This document shows, piece after piece, positions 8,790 through 18,331 of a stretch of DNA of 64,000 nt. A model generated the notes under the pieces. That model was not told where the DNA came from. It made no database searches and saw nothing but the letters and a program-made list of their open reading frames with translations. The translations under genes and the position numbers were made by a program. The DNA lies in the IMG/VR virus record IMGVR_UViG_3300031417_000380; one strand, 5' to 3'. Position 1 is the first letter of the stretch; every line of letters starts with the position of its first letter. Source of the stretch: a virus.

Positions 8790-9676
8790 CAGTTCTCCTC
8801 TGTCCCGTTCTCTAGCGCCGAATCATTATTAGCTTCTTGTTCAACTACGCTATTACTTGTTTGCTCTTCGAGCTTCGCATTAAGTTCATCGGAGCTTAAC
8901 CCTTTAAGTGAAAGATTCCAGTCAGTGTCACGCTGCTCTTTATGTAGAGGAATTCGGATACTACTCGTTGCGGGCAGATCAGCAACAGACTGCTGTAGAA
9001 CCACCTTTGCCACAAAATGCTCTCCTGGGTTCAGCATAGTGCGACGTGTTACCATGTGGAGCTCAAAATCATCCTGACCCTCGAGCACGTTCTCAAGCCT
9101 CACTCGAGAGTGGTCGAAGCTTAGATTGAGCGGTAGCTTTGTAACGTTGCTTCCTCGTACTGTAGCTACTCGACCTTCGCGCTCAGCTTGACGCAAGCGC
9201 TTCTGCTGTTCAGTAAGAACTGCAGCTACCCGCTTTCTTTTCTTGCTTTCGGAAGTAAACACCGGAGTGGGATACTTTCGTCCACCACGTTCCTCAATCG
9301 CCTTTTCGAGGCCACCCGGCGGCGGGAGCGTGCCATCTACGAAAAACGCCCAGGAGGTCCCGTCCTGCAAAACAAATTGGAAATACGCAGTGGGAGAATA
9401 GCTCGTGCGAGGAGCAGGCAATATAACATGGAAGGCGAAAGTGGTTTGGTAGCTTACGAGAGCCTGATTCGCAACCATTACTAGCTTGTAGCTAGAAAGC
9501 TCGTCAGGCGCTTCGAAGATACCGGTGCTGGACATATCCGCTTCAAGCAAAAAAGTTGCAGATTTGTCGTTGAAACAGCTGCAAAGCATAAGACGATCTT
9601 CGTTACGAGCCTGAAGAAGCTCCTTGCTGGCGCCAACCGGAACCCACACTGGCTTTTGCTTAGACATTTTACTCAT
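8789..9676 (-). CDS. Family C paralog with two tandem domains (first degenerate)
   Basis: ARNEDRL...LVMVANQALVSYQT, then AEREGRV...LHMVTRRTMLNPGE. Confidence 0.85.
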   Translation of the reverse strand: MSKMSKQKPVWVPVGASKELLQARNEDRLMLCSCFNDKSATFLLEADMSSTGIFEAPDELSSYKLVMVANQALVSYQTTFAFHVILPAPRTSYSPTAYFQFVLQDGTSWAFFVDGTLPPPGGLEKAIEERGGRKYPTPVFTSESKKRKRVAAVLTEQQKRLRQAEREGRVATVRGSNVTKLPLNLSFDHSRVRLENVLEGQDDFELHMVTRRTMLNPGEHFVAKVVLQQSVADLPATSSIRIPLHKEQRDTDWNLSLKGLSSDELNAKLEEQTSNSVVEQEANNDSALENGTEEN

Positions 9677-10005
9677 CGGTTCTCTTTCGTGTCAGGAAGA
9701 AGCTCAAACGCTGACGCCCACATTGTGCTGGTGCCGTCAAACGCCACTTGGAGCTTCACGTCAGCCGGATACTGATCGAGGGGCTTCTGGAGCAACACTC
9801 GAAGTATCATCGTCTCGCGAGGGTTGAGCGTCGTTCTGCGAGTTGCAGCATGTACCTCGCAGCCGTAGCGATCAACTTTTGGGACGTTGATAAGCCTCGG
9901 CATAGCCCGCGAGAAAATAGGGCTCCACGGCACTGAGCGACCGTTAGTGGCATATACTAGTGCTGTGCGCCCTTCTAGTTGAGCTTTCTTTAGTTCAGCA
10001 TCCAT
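9673..10005 (-). CDS. Family C paralog
   Basis: AQLEGRT ... VHAATRRTTLNPRE. Confidence 0.85.
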   Translation of the reverse strand: MDAELKKAQLEGRTALVYATNGRSVPWSPIFSRAMPRLINVPKVDRYGCEVHAATRRTTLNPRETMILRVLLQKPLDQYPADVKLQVAFDGTSTMWASAFELLPDTKENR

Positions 10006-10006
10006 C

Positions 10007-10585
10007 TCAGTTGCCCTTTCCTTTCCGTCGCTTGCCCTTCTTAGTAACAGCCCTTTCGTCTTCTTCGCGTTCTTTCAGCCGGCGTCTAAGCTCAGCTTTT
10101 GACAGGCCATGAAGTGAAAGCTGCCAGTAAGTTCTTGAGGGGAGAGTCAGATTCACGTATGCAAGTTCATCAACCTCACTGACCTTACATTCGAGCTCAA
10201 GCTTTACGATGAAAGACTCATCCGGATTGAGATTCGTTCGACGTGTCACCATGTAGAGTCGAAAGCTCTCCTTGCCTTTAGGCATACCGTAAAGCTTTGT
10301 CTCTTCAGAGTTGAAGTCTATTACGACCGGCTTTCCAGACCCGTTAAACCCGCTAAGCTTTACCACTCTTCCTTCGAACTCAGCCTTACGAAGTCGCTCA
10401 CCAGGTTTGGGCTTTGCCGTGACAATCGGCTCAGTCTTTTTCGCCTCAAGCTCCGGAGTCACCTCCTCCGTAGCGATAAGCGCCTTACGAGAAGCCGACT
10501 CTCGCAGCATCTTGGCAGGTTTGGGCAGTCCAGACCGAAGCGCTCTCTGGTTTGCCGGCCGAATAGATTTTCGATTAGCGATCAC
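10007..10585 (-). CDS. Family C paralog with basic N- and C-terminal extensions
   Basis: AEFEGRV ... LYMVTRRTNLNPDE. Confidence 0.85.
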   Translation of the reverse strand: MIANRKSIRPANQRALRSGLPKPAKMLRESASRKALIATEEVTPELEAKKTEPIVTAKPKPGERLRKAEFEGRVVKLSGFNGSGKPVVIDFNSEETKLYGMPKGKESFRLYMVTRRTNLNPDESFIVKLELECKVSEVDELAYVNLTLPSRTYWQLSLHGLSKAELRRRLKEREEDERAVTKKGKRRKGKGN

Positions 10586-11370
10586 TGCTGCGCTCCCGTT
10601 CTGTAGCTCATGAAGATATCTGATACCTGGTCAGGAGTTAGTCGCCGTCCCAGACTAGCAAAGTAGCGTCGTGAAAGCTCAGCAGCCAACGGTTCATACT
10701 CCACAGCTGCGTCGAGAGACACCTTCATGAGCGTCTTCCTCAAGTACTCCTCAGCGTCGTAGCTGAGTAAGTCTCTTACGTCTTCAAGGAGCTCGGCGCG
10801 GCTCAAAATCTCGTCAACGAATCTCTGTGACGGAGCGTAGTACTCCATAGCATCTCCGAGAGATGTGAGAGCGTCGTCGAAAGCCGGGATGCCGGTCTCA
10901 GGCGTCGCTGGGAGCCGATACCAGCGACGGAGAAGTAAGAGCTCTAGCGAGTAAGCAGCCTGGTAGAAGTCCGCGCGAACATCATGTTCCTGCGGCTGTA
11001 CTGGAAGCTTCCTAGCGCCGGCTACTAACGCATCGAGGAGCATTGACTCCACCGACTGTACACCAGAGAACTGCGTCGGTGGAGTGAGGATGAGGAACAT
11101 GTCGAGGTCAGGCACAACACCGGTGAGTTGGCGAATCTGATCGTAAACACGGCGCGTCAGAATCTCAGTAAAGATGTCAACGAAGACCTCTAAAGTGCCA
11201 CCGGCGGCTTTGTAGCGCTTTAGGTACATCGGTAGCTGTAGTTCCCCGGCGGCGTCGCGTTCATAGCCCCGGCGGCGAAGTTCCGGAGTCCAGAGGCTCG
11301 AAAGAGTCCTGATCCCATCAGTGCTCTGTGCACGGATAAGATCATTGTAGTTCGGCGTGAATTGACTCAA
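10582..11370 (-). CDS. Family B paralog, first gene of the B/C operon
   Basis: SLWTPELR ... LLLRRWYRLPATPETGIPAFDDAL; GGAG RBS, TTG start. Confidence 0.82.
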   Translation of the reverse strand: MSQFTPNYNDLIRAQSTDGIRTLSSLWTPELRRRGYERDAAGELQLPMYLKRYKAAGGTLEVFVDIFTEILTRRVYDQIRQLTGVVPDLDMFLILTPPTQFSGVQSVESMLLDALVAGARKLPVQPQEHDVRADFYQAAYSLELLLLRRWYRLPATPETGIPAFDDALTSLGDAMEYYAPSQRFVDEILSRAELLEDVRDLLSYDAEEYLRKTLMKVSLDAAVEYEPLAAELSRRYFASLGRRLTPDQVSDIFMSYRTGAQQ

Positions 11371-11503
11371 ACCTACTCCGTTCGCTATTCAACGTAACCG
11401 TATCACGAACTTGTACTGGCTTCAATTGGTAAGCGTCATTTCGTACTCGGTAGGATACGGCTTACAGTTATTGCAATCATTTAAGCTTAGCGAAAGAGAA
11501 GCC

Positions 11504-12007
11504 ATGGCCGTCGCAGAGAAGACAGTTACGTCGCTCGTCCCAAAGGACGCAGTCCGCCCGCGTGAGCTTAGCGAAGTTGTCAACAAGCTCTCTTGGAAGA
11601 TGAGCTTCGAGCGTCACACACGCACAGAGGACGACTCAATCAGGGACTTCTTCAACGAGCACGGTATCGAGGCAGATGAAGCTCTCACCAAGAAGATCAT
11701 TGCAGAGGTTCATCGTCTTACAGTGGCAGACCAAGTCTACGATAGCGAACAGCGTCAGGCCTATCGTGCACTCTTTCCGACACTTAAAGAACTCCTTCCC
11801 ACTACCGCGACAGAAGGCTACCCCACTTACCTGACCATCAACGCCGTCGGCTGGATCCGTGGCGAAACAGTCCGGATCAACGGGGAGCGCTTTGAACTTA
11901 CCGGTGATGAGTGCGAACGCTGTGGCGTGAACCCAAAGGCCCACGGAATCGGCGGTGGAGTACGCTGCGTAAACACTAGAGAGTGTGGTTGGTGGTATTG
12001 TGCATAA
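11504..12007 (+). CDS. Hypothetical protein with C-terminal Cys-rich zinc-finger-like region (start corrected from 11411)
   Basis: CERC...H...RCVNTRECGWWYC; GAAAGAG RBS. Confidence 0.75.
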   Translation: MAVAEKTVTSLVPKDAVRPRELSEVVNKLSWKMSFERHTRTEDDSIRDFFNEHGIEADEALTKKIIAEVHRLTVADQVYDSEQRQAYRALFPTLKELLPTTATEGYPTYLTINAVGWIRGETVRINGERFELTGDECERCGVNPKAHGIGGGVRCVNTRECGWWYCA

Positions 12008-12061
12008 AGTATGCAACCTACTACATGTAGTGTTTCACTATAACGTAGGGTAAATCTCTCT

Positions 12062-12099
12062 GATTTTCGCATTGCGGTCTAGCTAGGATCGTGTACTAT
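12062..12099 (+). promoter_or_regulatory. Cassette-type promoter, leaderless
   Basis: GATTTTCGCA-TTGCGG-16 bp-TACTAT, 7 nt before ATG 12107. Confidence 0.7.
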
Positions 12100-12106
12100 G
12101 GGATTC

Positions 12107-12403
12107 ATGGAAACCAACAACACCTGGGGCTTTGAAGCTCCCGTCGCACCCGTCGTCCGGGATTACGATGTGAGCGACTTCCTCACCAACGCCCCGGTCG
12201 GCACCGTTGTCGAGGTCGATGGTGACCTCTACAAGAGGGCTGCGCACGACGAGTGGCTCGAGCTCGAGAACACAGTGGTGGGTGTCACCGGATATGACGG
12301 ACCTTACGCAGAGCACGAGACCACTTACGGCTCGACTCTCGCCCGTTACGTTGAAAGCGCCAACTGCGAGGTTCGCGTCCTGCGCCTCGGCGAGAACTTC
12401 TAA
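12107..12403 (+). CDS. Small acidic hypothetical protein
   Basis: Leaderless ATG, GC3-rich codons, followed by cassette hairpin. Confidence 0.8.
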   Translation: METNNTWGFEAPVAPVVRDYDVSDFLTNAPVGTVVEVDGDLYKRAAHDEWLELENTVVGVTGYDGPYAEHETTYGSTLARYVESANCEVRVLRLGENF

Positions 12404-12410
12404 CTCAACT

Positions 12411-12456
12411 CTTCTAGCGCTGCATCGTAACGGTGTGGCGCTAGAAGTGCAAGAAC
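12411..12456 (+). terminator. Cassette hairpin with purine-rich tail
   Basis: CTTCTAGCGCTGCATCG/CGGTGTGGCGCTAGAAG with three G-U pairs, tail TGCAAGAAC. Confidence 0.65.
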
Positions 12457-12497
12457 TTGAGCTAACACACGAAAGATCGCCCCTCGTTACCAAAGAA

Positions 12498-12534
12498 CTT
12501 TTGTTTTGCGAGATACGGTGTGGCCATGTATCGT
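12498..12534 (+). promoter_or_regulatory. Cassette-type sigmaA promoter
   Basis: CTTTTGTT-TTGCGA-17 bp-TATCGT. Confidence 0.65.
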
Positions 12535-12571
12535 TAGGTCTACCAACGCTTCACCAATCTAAGGATACATC

Positions 12572-12922
12572 ATGCTTATCTCGTACGAAGACCGTAACTC
12601 GCTCGTCAAGGAGTTCGAGGCGCGCTTCGACGCGATCAAGGCCCCGGTTAGCGAGGACTTCTCTAGCAAGGCGGCGCACGAGAAGGCTTACACCGATTTC
12701 TTTGGGAAGCGTGACGCGCTCAAGGAAGAGTTCGATGACATGCTCATCGAGAAGGGTTTCGCCGGCCTGATCGACCTGCCGGGCTTTGACGAGATCTCGG
12801 AGCGTACGCTCGAGCTCGCTAAGGAGAGCGAGTACGGCGCGCACTTCGAGGGCCTCGCTGCTGAGTTCTTCGCCGTTGCTGAGCTCGTTCGCCTCGGATA
12901 CGCCGCCGGCAAGGGAAACTGA
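12572..12922 (+). CDS. Small acidic helical hypothetical protein
   Basis: AAGGA RBS, GC3-rich codons. Confidence 0.82.
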   Translation: MLISYEDRNSLVKEFEARFDAIKAPVSEDFSSKAAHEKAYTDFFGKRDALKEEFDDMLIEKGFAGLIDLPGFDEISERTLELAKESEYGAHFEGLAAEFFAVAELVRLGYAAGKGN

Positions 12923-12932
12923 CTACCAGAAC

Positions 12933-12981
12933 TACTCTTCTAGCGCAGCTTTTTCACCGGCTGCGCTAGAAGAGTAAGAGC
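12933..12981 (+). terminator. Cassette hairpin with purine-rich tail
   Basis: 17-bp stem TACTCTTCTAGCGCAGC/GCTGCGCTAGAAGAGTA, tail AGAGC. Confidence 0.65.
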
Positions 12982-13371
12982 AAGCTTTGTAGTTCGGTGG
13001 ATTGCAGTTAGCAGCTGCACTAGTGCGAGCGTACATCAATCATCAACCCTTAACCTATCGACTGTCTAAGACTGCGAGAGACCTAATCGCTGAATAGCCG
13101 CCTGGGCCGCGAGCCGCCGTCTAGCAAGCAGTTTGAGCTATCGATTCGATAGCTCAAAACAGCGCTATGCTCGACCCTGAAAAGTTCGTTGCTAATCCGG
13201 GGGAGTAGAGGGTTTCTAAGCGCAGCTAGCGTGGTTCTTACAGCGTGAGTTGCAGTTCCGTATCGTCGTTCATCTCAACACCATCGCACCGTTAGACAGC
13301 TGCTAAGCTTCGCTACGGCTCTTACTCAAAACCGCCTGGAGGTGAGTCCGAGCGGGTTCAAGCAGGTGCGA

Positions 13372-13665
13372 TCAGATCACCTTCAGCTTCTTCAGGAGTC
13401 GCGAGAGCTTGTCGATCCGAACGCGAGGCTCCATCTGCTCACCGACGAGATCCGTGATGTAGGCGTCTCCGTCCTGACCGATCCAGAGCGTGAAGTCGTG
13501 CGACTGGCGCTCCAGCGCTCCGACGACCATTTGGTGACCTTCTTGAGCTTGAAGCCCTCGAACGGGTCATCAAACTGCATCCCGACGAGGCCGGCGAAAT
13601 CAGCGGAGACGAGGAACGCCTCGAGGGAGGTCGAGGTGAGCGAAGTTACGAAGCGTGGTGGGCAT
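13372..13665 (-). pseudogene. Small cassette gene broken by two opposite frameshifts
   Basis: Promoter TTGCGA-17/18-TACCGT + leaderless ATG 13665; middle coding-like segment (FVTSLTSTSLEAF...KLKKVTK) is in the +1 frame and the tail (MVVGALERQSHDFTLWIG...LKVI) returns to the start frame; hairpin with GAGTAAGAGC tail follows. Confidence 0.6.
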
Positions 13666-13707
13666 GAGGCCAACGGTACATACTCGTGCTGTTCTTCGCA
13701 AACTAGC

Positions 13708-14052
13708 CTACTCCTCAGTAAGCACACAGTTCGTCTTGATAAGCCCGCCGGGACCGTCCCACGAGCCGATGTTCAGTGCGTAGTAGGTGCCGCGCGGCAG
13801 CTGATCAATCGGCGTTCGGAGCTCAATGTGGAACGTGAACGTCTCACGGGGGTTAGCGATTGAGCGGCGCGTCACCATGTGAAGCTCCGCATACGACTCG
13901 TCCTCTGTAAGCTCACGAGCTCCTTCACGAGTCCGCATCCCGCTTGAGAACATCACCTGTAGGACGATCGGTACTCGAAAGTTGTTCGTAAGGGTAAAGG
14001 TGGCTAGACGACCCTCTAGGTCAGCTCTCTTGTACTTTGGGTTGAGCGCCAT
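13708..14052 (-). CDS. Family C paralog
   Basis: ADLEGRL ... LHMVTRRSIANPRE. Confidence 0.85.
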   Translation of the reverse strand: MALNPKYKRADLEGRLATFTLTNNFRVPIVLQVMFSSGMRTREGARELTEDESYAELHMVTRRSIANPRETFTFHIELRTPIDQLPRGTYYALNIGSWDGPGGLIKTNCVLTEE

Positions 14053-14056
14053 CGAT

Positions 14057-14212
14057 CTATCCTCTCATCGGCGGTGGCATGATCCTGTGGTCAGCAGGAC
14101 GCACCGGTGGCTGCCACTGAACGCGAGCCACCTGCATACCGGTCTTCGCCGACTCCTCTATAGTCTTCTCGTCGTTGAACTTCCAGTAGCCTTCGGACGG
14201 TGAGGAAGTCAC
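14057..14212 (-). CDS. Small 51-aa ORF not in the ORF track
   Basis: GTGA overlap with upstream stop; MTSSPSEGYWKFNDEKTIEESAKTGMQVARVQWQPPVRPADHRIMPPPMRG fills the operon gap. Confidence 0.5.
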   Translation of the reverse strand: MTSSPSEGYWKFNDEKTIEESAKTGMQVARVQWQPPVRPADHRIMPPPMRG

Positions 14213-14682
14213 AAGGCTTCCGCCGTGGCTTCTGTAGTGGTGACGGTGTGATGAAGCAGCCCGAGGAACGAGTCCTCAGCCGCCGTAGCGAATCGCTCAT
14301 GAGTGTTGTAGACAGGGAAGAACGCAGCTGCACGGGCTTTCAACTCTTCGAGAATCTCCGGGGTGACTTTAGCGTCCCAATCCTTGCCCGTGATACGCAC
14401 ACGAACCGCCCAAGCGTCTTCAATCGACTCACCGGAGGCCGTAGTAAACGTATCGACACGCTCTATATCCTGATGAGTAAAACCGTACTCTCCATACCAA
14501 CCGTCTGCAAGGTCAGCGAGTCGAGCTTCGAGCTCTTCGCGCTCATCAGCGGGGATGTGCTGCGTGTAATCCTGGTTCTCCATTTCCCAATTTGCGTGAG
14601 CAAAGACGTAGGAGAAGAATTCACGTTCAAAGTTGCCGGTATACTGTCTACATACGAAATCAAGTACATGAGTGACTGTCAT
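14209..14682 (-). CDS. Hypothetical protein (start corrected from 14760)
   Basis: AAAGGA RBS then ATG ACA GTC; YTGNFEREFFSY motif. Confidence 0.75.
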   Translation of the reverse strand: MTVTHVLDFVCRQYTGNFEREFFSYVFAHANWEMENQDYTQHIPADEREELEARLADLADGWYGEYGFTHQDIERVDTFTTASGESIEDAWAVRVRITGKDWDAKVTPEILEELKARAAAFFPVYNTHERFATAAEDSFLGLLHHTVTTTEATAEAL

Positions 14683-14704
14683 ACTAAATCCTTTATTTGA
14701 GATT

Positions 14705-15406
14705 CTAGATTTTACTAGTAAGTACCGCTGCGAGCATTTCGGCCACCTGAAGCTGTTCAAACAGTTCCTCCTGCCGCTTCCCTAACTGCTCCATCCACTG
14801 AGGATTGAACGTCTTAAAGTTATGCTGCTCTTTAAGAAGATCAGCATAAACGAGGAGTGATTCAGCCGCGTTGATGTAAAGCGCAAGCGCGGCTGCCCCG
14901 TCATCCACGAAGACCAGATCGCGACGATCAGCGAGGAGGGCCGTAGCGTTAGACAGCCCCGGGCTCAGTGAAGCGTCTTCGGGAAGACTCCAAAGGCCTA
15001 GGCTCTCGATAAGAACCTGGTAGTGGCTCTGGACGAGCGCTTGGCTCACGGTGAGCTTCTCAACGGCCACAGCGTAATGATTGAACGCTTGATCAGCGTG
15101 GTCCCAGTAAGCTAACGCACGCCGAAGCTTGCCGTCTTTCAGATGCTTGAGTGCTGGAGCCGTAGCACGAACAAACTCCCCACGCAAAGCTTTGAGCTCC
15201 GGCAGCTTCCGTGCGAGATCTTTAAGCTCGTGCTGAAGCTCAGAAGTCGAATAGCCTCGCAAAGCGTCGTAGCCAATTTTGAAGTTGCGAAAATCTCCGT
15301 CTGCCGGCCAAGGACGCTCAAGGCGAGCTGTCACCGTGTACGCTGATTCGAGTGCTACCGCGTACTGTACGAGAGCCTTTACCGGAGGCGCTTCCTCGCG
15401 TATCAC
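14705..15406 (-). CDS. Family A paralog (start corrected from 15697)
   Basis: ALVQSHYQ ... DRRDLVFVDDGAAALALYI ... LFEQLQVAEML; GAGAGGG RBS before GTG. Confidence 0.8.
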   Translation of the reverse strand: MIREEAPPVKALVQYAVALESAYTVTARLERPWPADGDFRNFKIGYDALRGYSTSELQHELKDLARKLPELKALRGEFVRATAPALKHLKDGKLRRALAYWDHADQAFNHYAVAVEKLTVSQALVQSHYQVLIESLGLWSLPEDASLSPGLSNATALLADRRDLVFVDDGAAALALYINAAESLLVYADLLKEQHNFKTFNPQWMEQLGKRQEELFEQLQVAEMLAAVLTSKI

Positions 15407-15416
15407 AATAGCCCTC

Positions 15417-15797
15417 TCAGACTGACTCGAGCATCTCAAGCCCGTAGTTCTGGCCGCGCTTCGCAACCTGCCAGACGCCGGTGACTCGCCCTGCCTTGAT
15501 TGTTGCATGGCGGAGCATGGAGTCCACAGAAGAGACAAAGAGCGGATAGTGGATGTCGGTGGCGATGTCTCGATAGATAAAGACGACTGAGCTTCGCCCA
15601 CGGGACGAATGTACGAGTTCGAGGGTAGCCTCAAACGGATCGTTCGGTCGCCAGTCGATCTCTGCGCTGGGATACACGTAGCTAGCGAGGACCACATGCT
15701 TAAGTCTCGGCGTGTCTGTCGAGCTACCTTCTGCTCTGTCCCAGTAGGTGATGACCTTCTCGTACGGCGCTTCCTTGAGATTGTTCTTCTTAACCAT
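15417..15797 (-). CDS. Phage-type hypothetical protein
   Basis: WRPNDPFEATL..RGRSS..F..YPLF..KRGQNYG motif pattern that I associate with actinophage hypothetical proteins. Confidence 0.75.
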   Translation of the reverse strand: MVKKNNLKEAPYEKVITYWDRAEGSSTDTPRLKHVVLASYVYPSAEIDWRPNDPFEATLELVHSSRGRSSVVFIYRDIATDIHYPLFVSSVDSMLRHATIKAGRVTGVWQVAKRGQNYGLEMLESV

Positions 15798-16599
15798 GCG
15801 AGGCTCCTCCTGAAGTCTGGCTTGTAGTTACGGTATCACGAACCGGTGACTCTTCGGCACCCAGTTCGTGGAGAAGCACAGCCGCTTCAAGCTGTGCAGC
15901 AAGCTTCATCCGTTCTTCGTGAAGCGGGAGAGCAGCGAACGCCTCACTCTCGGTCGGAGCAACGGCGAGCAGATTCGCGAAGAACCGATCCACTATCTCC
16001 AGATAGGCCTCCAGCTTCGTGGCAGATAGCTCATCGAAAACGATGTCCCTCGCCTGAAGAAGAGGCTCCATGCGACGAGCGAACTCGTGCTCCATCTTCG
16101 GCCAACTAGCGCCGTGCCCCGGCCAGAAGCAACCGGCCTCTCTTGCGACCAGCTCCTGGTGAGCCTGAAGAAGCACATGTGTCGGAGTCACCGCAGCGTA
16201 GGCGACTACCGCTGTCTCGAACGCAGTCTCCAGCTCAGCAAAGCGAGGATCAAAATCCGCAGCCTCATCCGGCAGAAGCAGCTTCTTAACCACGTACCGC
16301 ATTGCATCAATCCCTCGGCGGAGGAGCTCATAGATTTCATCGCGAGATTCGAGCGAGTCAGAAAATCTCGGGTAACGGGCATGCTTGCTGACTAGCTGAT
16401 TAGCTGTGCCGAGTTCACGCAGTAGTTCAGCAGCTTTTTTATTGTGGAAAGCTCGCTCTCCCACGTTCGGCGAAGAGTCTATAGATGATCGAAGATTGTA
16501 GTGAGCGTCCATAAAGTACGCTAAAGCTTTACTCCACAACTGGGCAGGCTTCGGATCGAGTATCCAGTGGTTCATTCTGTTAAGCAAGGTATCAGTCAC
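15790..16599 (-). CDS. Family A paralog
   Basis: TPTHVLLQAHQE ... QARDIVFDELSATKLEAYLE. Confidence 0.85.
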   Translation of the reverse strand: MTDTLLNRMNHWILDPKPAQLWSKALAYFMDAHYNLRSSIDSSPNVGERAFHNKKAAELLRELGTANQLVSKHARYPRFSDSLESRDEIYELLRRGIDAMRYVVKKLLLPDEAADFDPRFAELETAFETAVVAYAAVTPTHVLLQAHQELVAREAGCFWPGHGASWPKMEHEFARRMEPLLQARDIVFDELSATKLEAYLEIVDRFFANLLAVAPTESEAFAALPLHEERMKLAAQLEAAVLLHELGAEESPVRDTVTTSQTSGGASHG

Positions 16600-17362
16600 C
16601 GACTGCACCCTCCACGAGCGCACTAGCCTCGATCTGATCGAGAAGCGTGCTGAGTTCGGCGAGCTTGCTGATCCGTCGCTGTTCTTCCTCGCTCGTGGGC
16701 CCGTCCGCGTAAGTCACCAGTTTACGATACGGCTCCACGGTGTAGAGCAACCGTGCCTGGTCTACGTAAGCGAACACCGCCTCCACGCCGTAGACGAAGC
16801 AGCCATCACGTCGCTCCTTCATGGCCTCGTAGATCGTCTGAGCCTCTTCGTAGATGAACTGAGCATCTCCGCTCGTGCTAAAGCTCTGACGCAGCTTTCC
16901 GGAGGACACCTGCTTGAGCTTCTGGATGTGCTGCTGGACAAGGAGCACCGTCGGTGTGAGCGTGGCGCAGATACGTTCGATCTCATCGGTATGCCTCGAA
17001 GAGACTTCGAGATCCTCCTCAGCGTCTACAATCTCTCCGGTAAACGTTAGGAACGCACGAACAGCTGAGTTAGCCTTGCGGAGCGAAGCCACGATTTCGC
17101 CACGGTTCTGGTACAGTTCGTCTGTCACTCTGCGAGCCGTGTCGTTCACGCGGAACACAGCTCCTACAGCAACGTTGGCGCGCTTAACTGAAGCCCTGGC
17201 GTCCTCCTGAAGCTCGGCCTTAAGTCGGCGTCGCTCTAGCGGAACGTGACCGCAGATAGTGCCGTCGTAGTCAAAGTACGTTTGAAGCTGCTCAATGAAG
17301 CCATAGGCTACCGCAACAGCCGTCGAAAGAGGCGTGGTTTCAACCTCAACGAAGTGCGACAT
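16592..17362 (-). CDS. Family A paralog
   Basis: TPTVLLVQQHIQ ... ERRDGCFVYGVEAVFAYV; AAGGAG RBS. Confidence 0.85.
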   Translation of the reverse strand: MSHFVEVETTPLSTAVAVAYGFIEQLQTYFDYDGTICGHVPLERRRLKAELQEDARASVKRANVAVGAVFRVNDTARRVTDELYQNRGEIVASLRKANSAVRAFLTFTGEIVDAEEDLEVSSRHTDEIERICATLTPTVLLVQQHIQKLKQVSSGKLRQSFSTSGDAQFIYEEAQTIYEAMKERRDGCFVYGVEAVFAYVDQARLLYTVEPYRKLVTYADGPTSEEEQRRISKLAELSTLLDQIEASALVEGAVGD

Positions 17363-17532
17363 GAGCACGGCTCCTTACGCCGAATCTGGGATAACTCAAC
17401 GCTATCACATCGAACGCAGCCTGTCACCGGGTGGCCCATTCGCTAGACAGCCGATGGCAAGGGTCAAGTAGCTGAACTGTATGACCTGTCGCAAGAACAT
17501 GGAAAAACTGAGAGAACGGCTGCTACAGTTTT

Positions 17533-18294
17533 CTAGACAGGAAGAAGCCCCGCCGAAGCCAGGATGATTCCCGTGTCAAGCTCATCGGTAAGTCGTTTGA
17601 GTTCGTCAGCATGACTTTCGTGCACGCTAGCTCGGTAACCGACTTGAAGAGCGTACGCCACGAATCGCGCTAGCTCCGTGCTAAAGAGCTCTTCGAAAAC
17701 TACGATGTAGTTCTTATAGTCCTCGAGCTCACCTCGCTCGAAGCACTGGTCACGGGCTTCCGAAAGTGGGGTGTAGAACTCGTCCGGATAGACGAGGGTC
17801 GCGCCAGCATTCTGCTCGACGAAAGTCTCGGAGAGTAGTCTGTCCGGACCAGCGCGAACAGCCGCAACGAAGTGCGCGTGAACAGCGCGCTGAAGCGGGC
17901 TGACGCTACCCATAGCCTTTTCGAAACGTCGTAGCTTCGCCGCTAACTGTTTGAACTCATCACGCAGTAACTCAAAGGTGCCCTTGGCCGCGCTGACATA
18001 CTTAATCTCGAAGCACCAGGCGCGCGCGATCTCGATAAACTCAGGTCCGAAGCTCACAAGTGCGTCGAAACGCTTCTCAGGACGAACCTCAACGTTGACC
18101 TGATCGAGGAGCCGTACGTAGCTGAGCTCTGAATGAGCCGAGACTTTAGGCCCAACGCTGTCAAGGCGCACCATCGGGAACTGAGTAAGATTTACTGTGT
18201 CGGTAAGACTGTTTAGTGCTTTCTCTAGACTCCGTAGGCGGCGCATAAGTGGTGACTCAAGCTGTAGCTTGATGTGGATAATCGGCTGGCTCAT
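17533..18294 (-). CDS. Family A paralog
   Basis: SPLQRAVHAHF ... FYTPLSEARDQCFERGELEDYKNYI. Confidence 0.85.
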   Translation of the reverse strand: MSQPIIHIKLQLESPLMRRLRSLEKALNSLTDTVNLTQFPMVRLDSVGPKVSAHSELSYVRLLDQVNVEVRPEKRFDALVSFGPEFIEIARAWCFEIKYVSAAKGTFELLRDEFKQLAAKLRRFEKAMGSVSPLQRAVHAHFVAAVRAGPDRLLSETFVEQNAGATLVYPDEFYTPLSEARDQCFERGELEDYKNYIVVFEELFSTELARFVAYALQVGYRASVHESHADELKRLTDELDTGIILASAGLLPV

Positions 18295-18331
18295 AGAACA
18301 TCACTCTCGCTCGCAGCCGCATGAGTGCCCA

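Noticed and set aside
5889-11370. Family B as RecA/KaiC/DnaB ATPases
   Set aside because: TGxPxxD is present but there is no Walker A or B motif.
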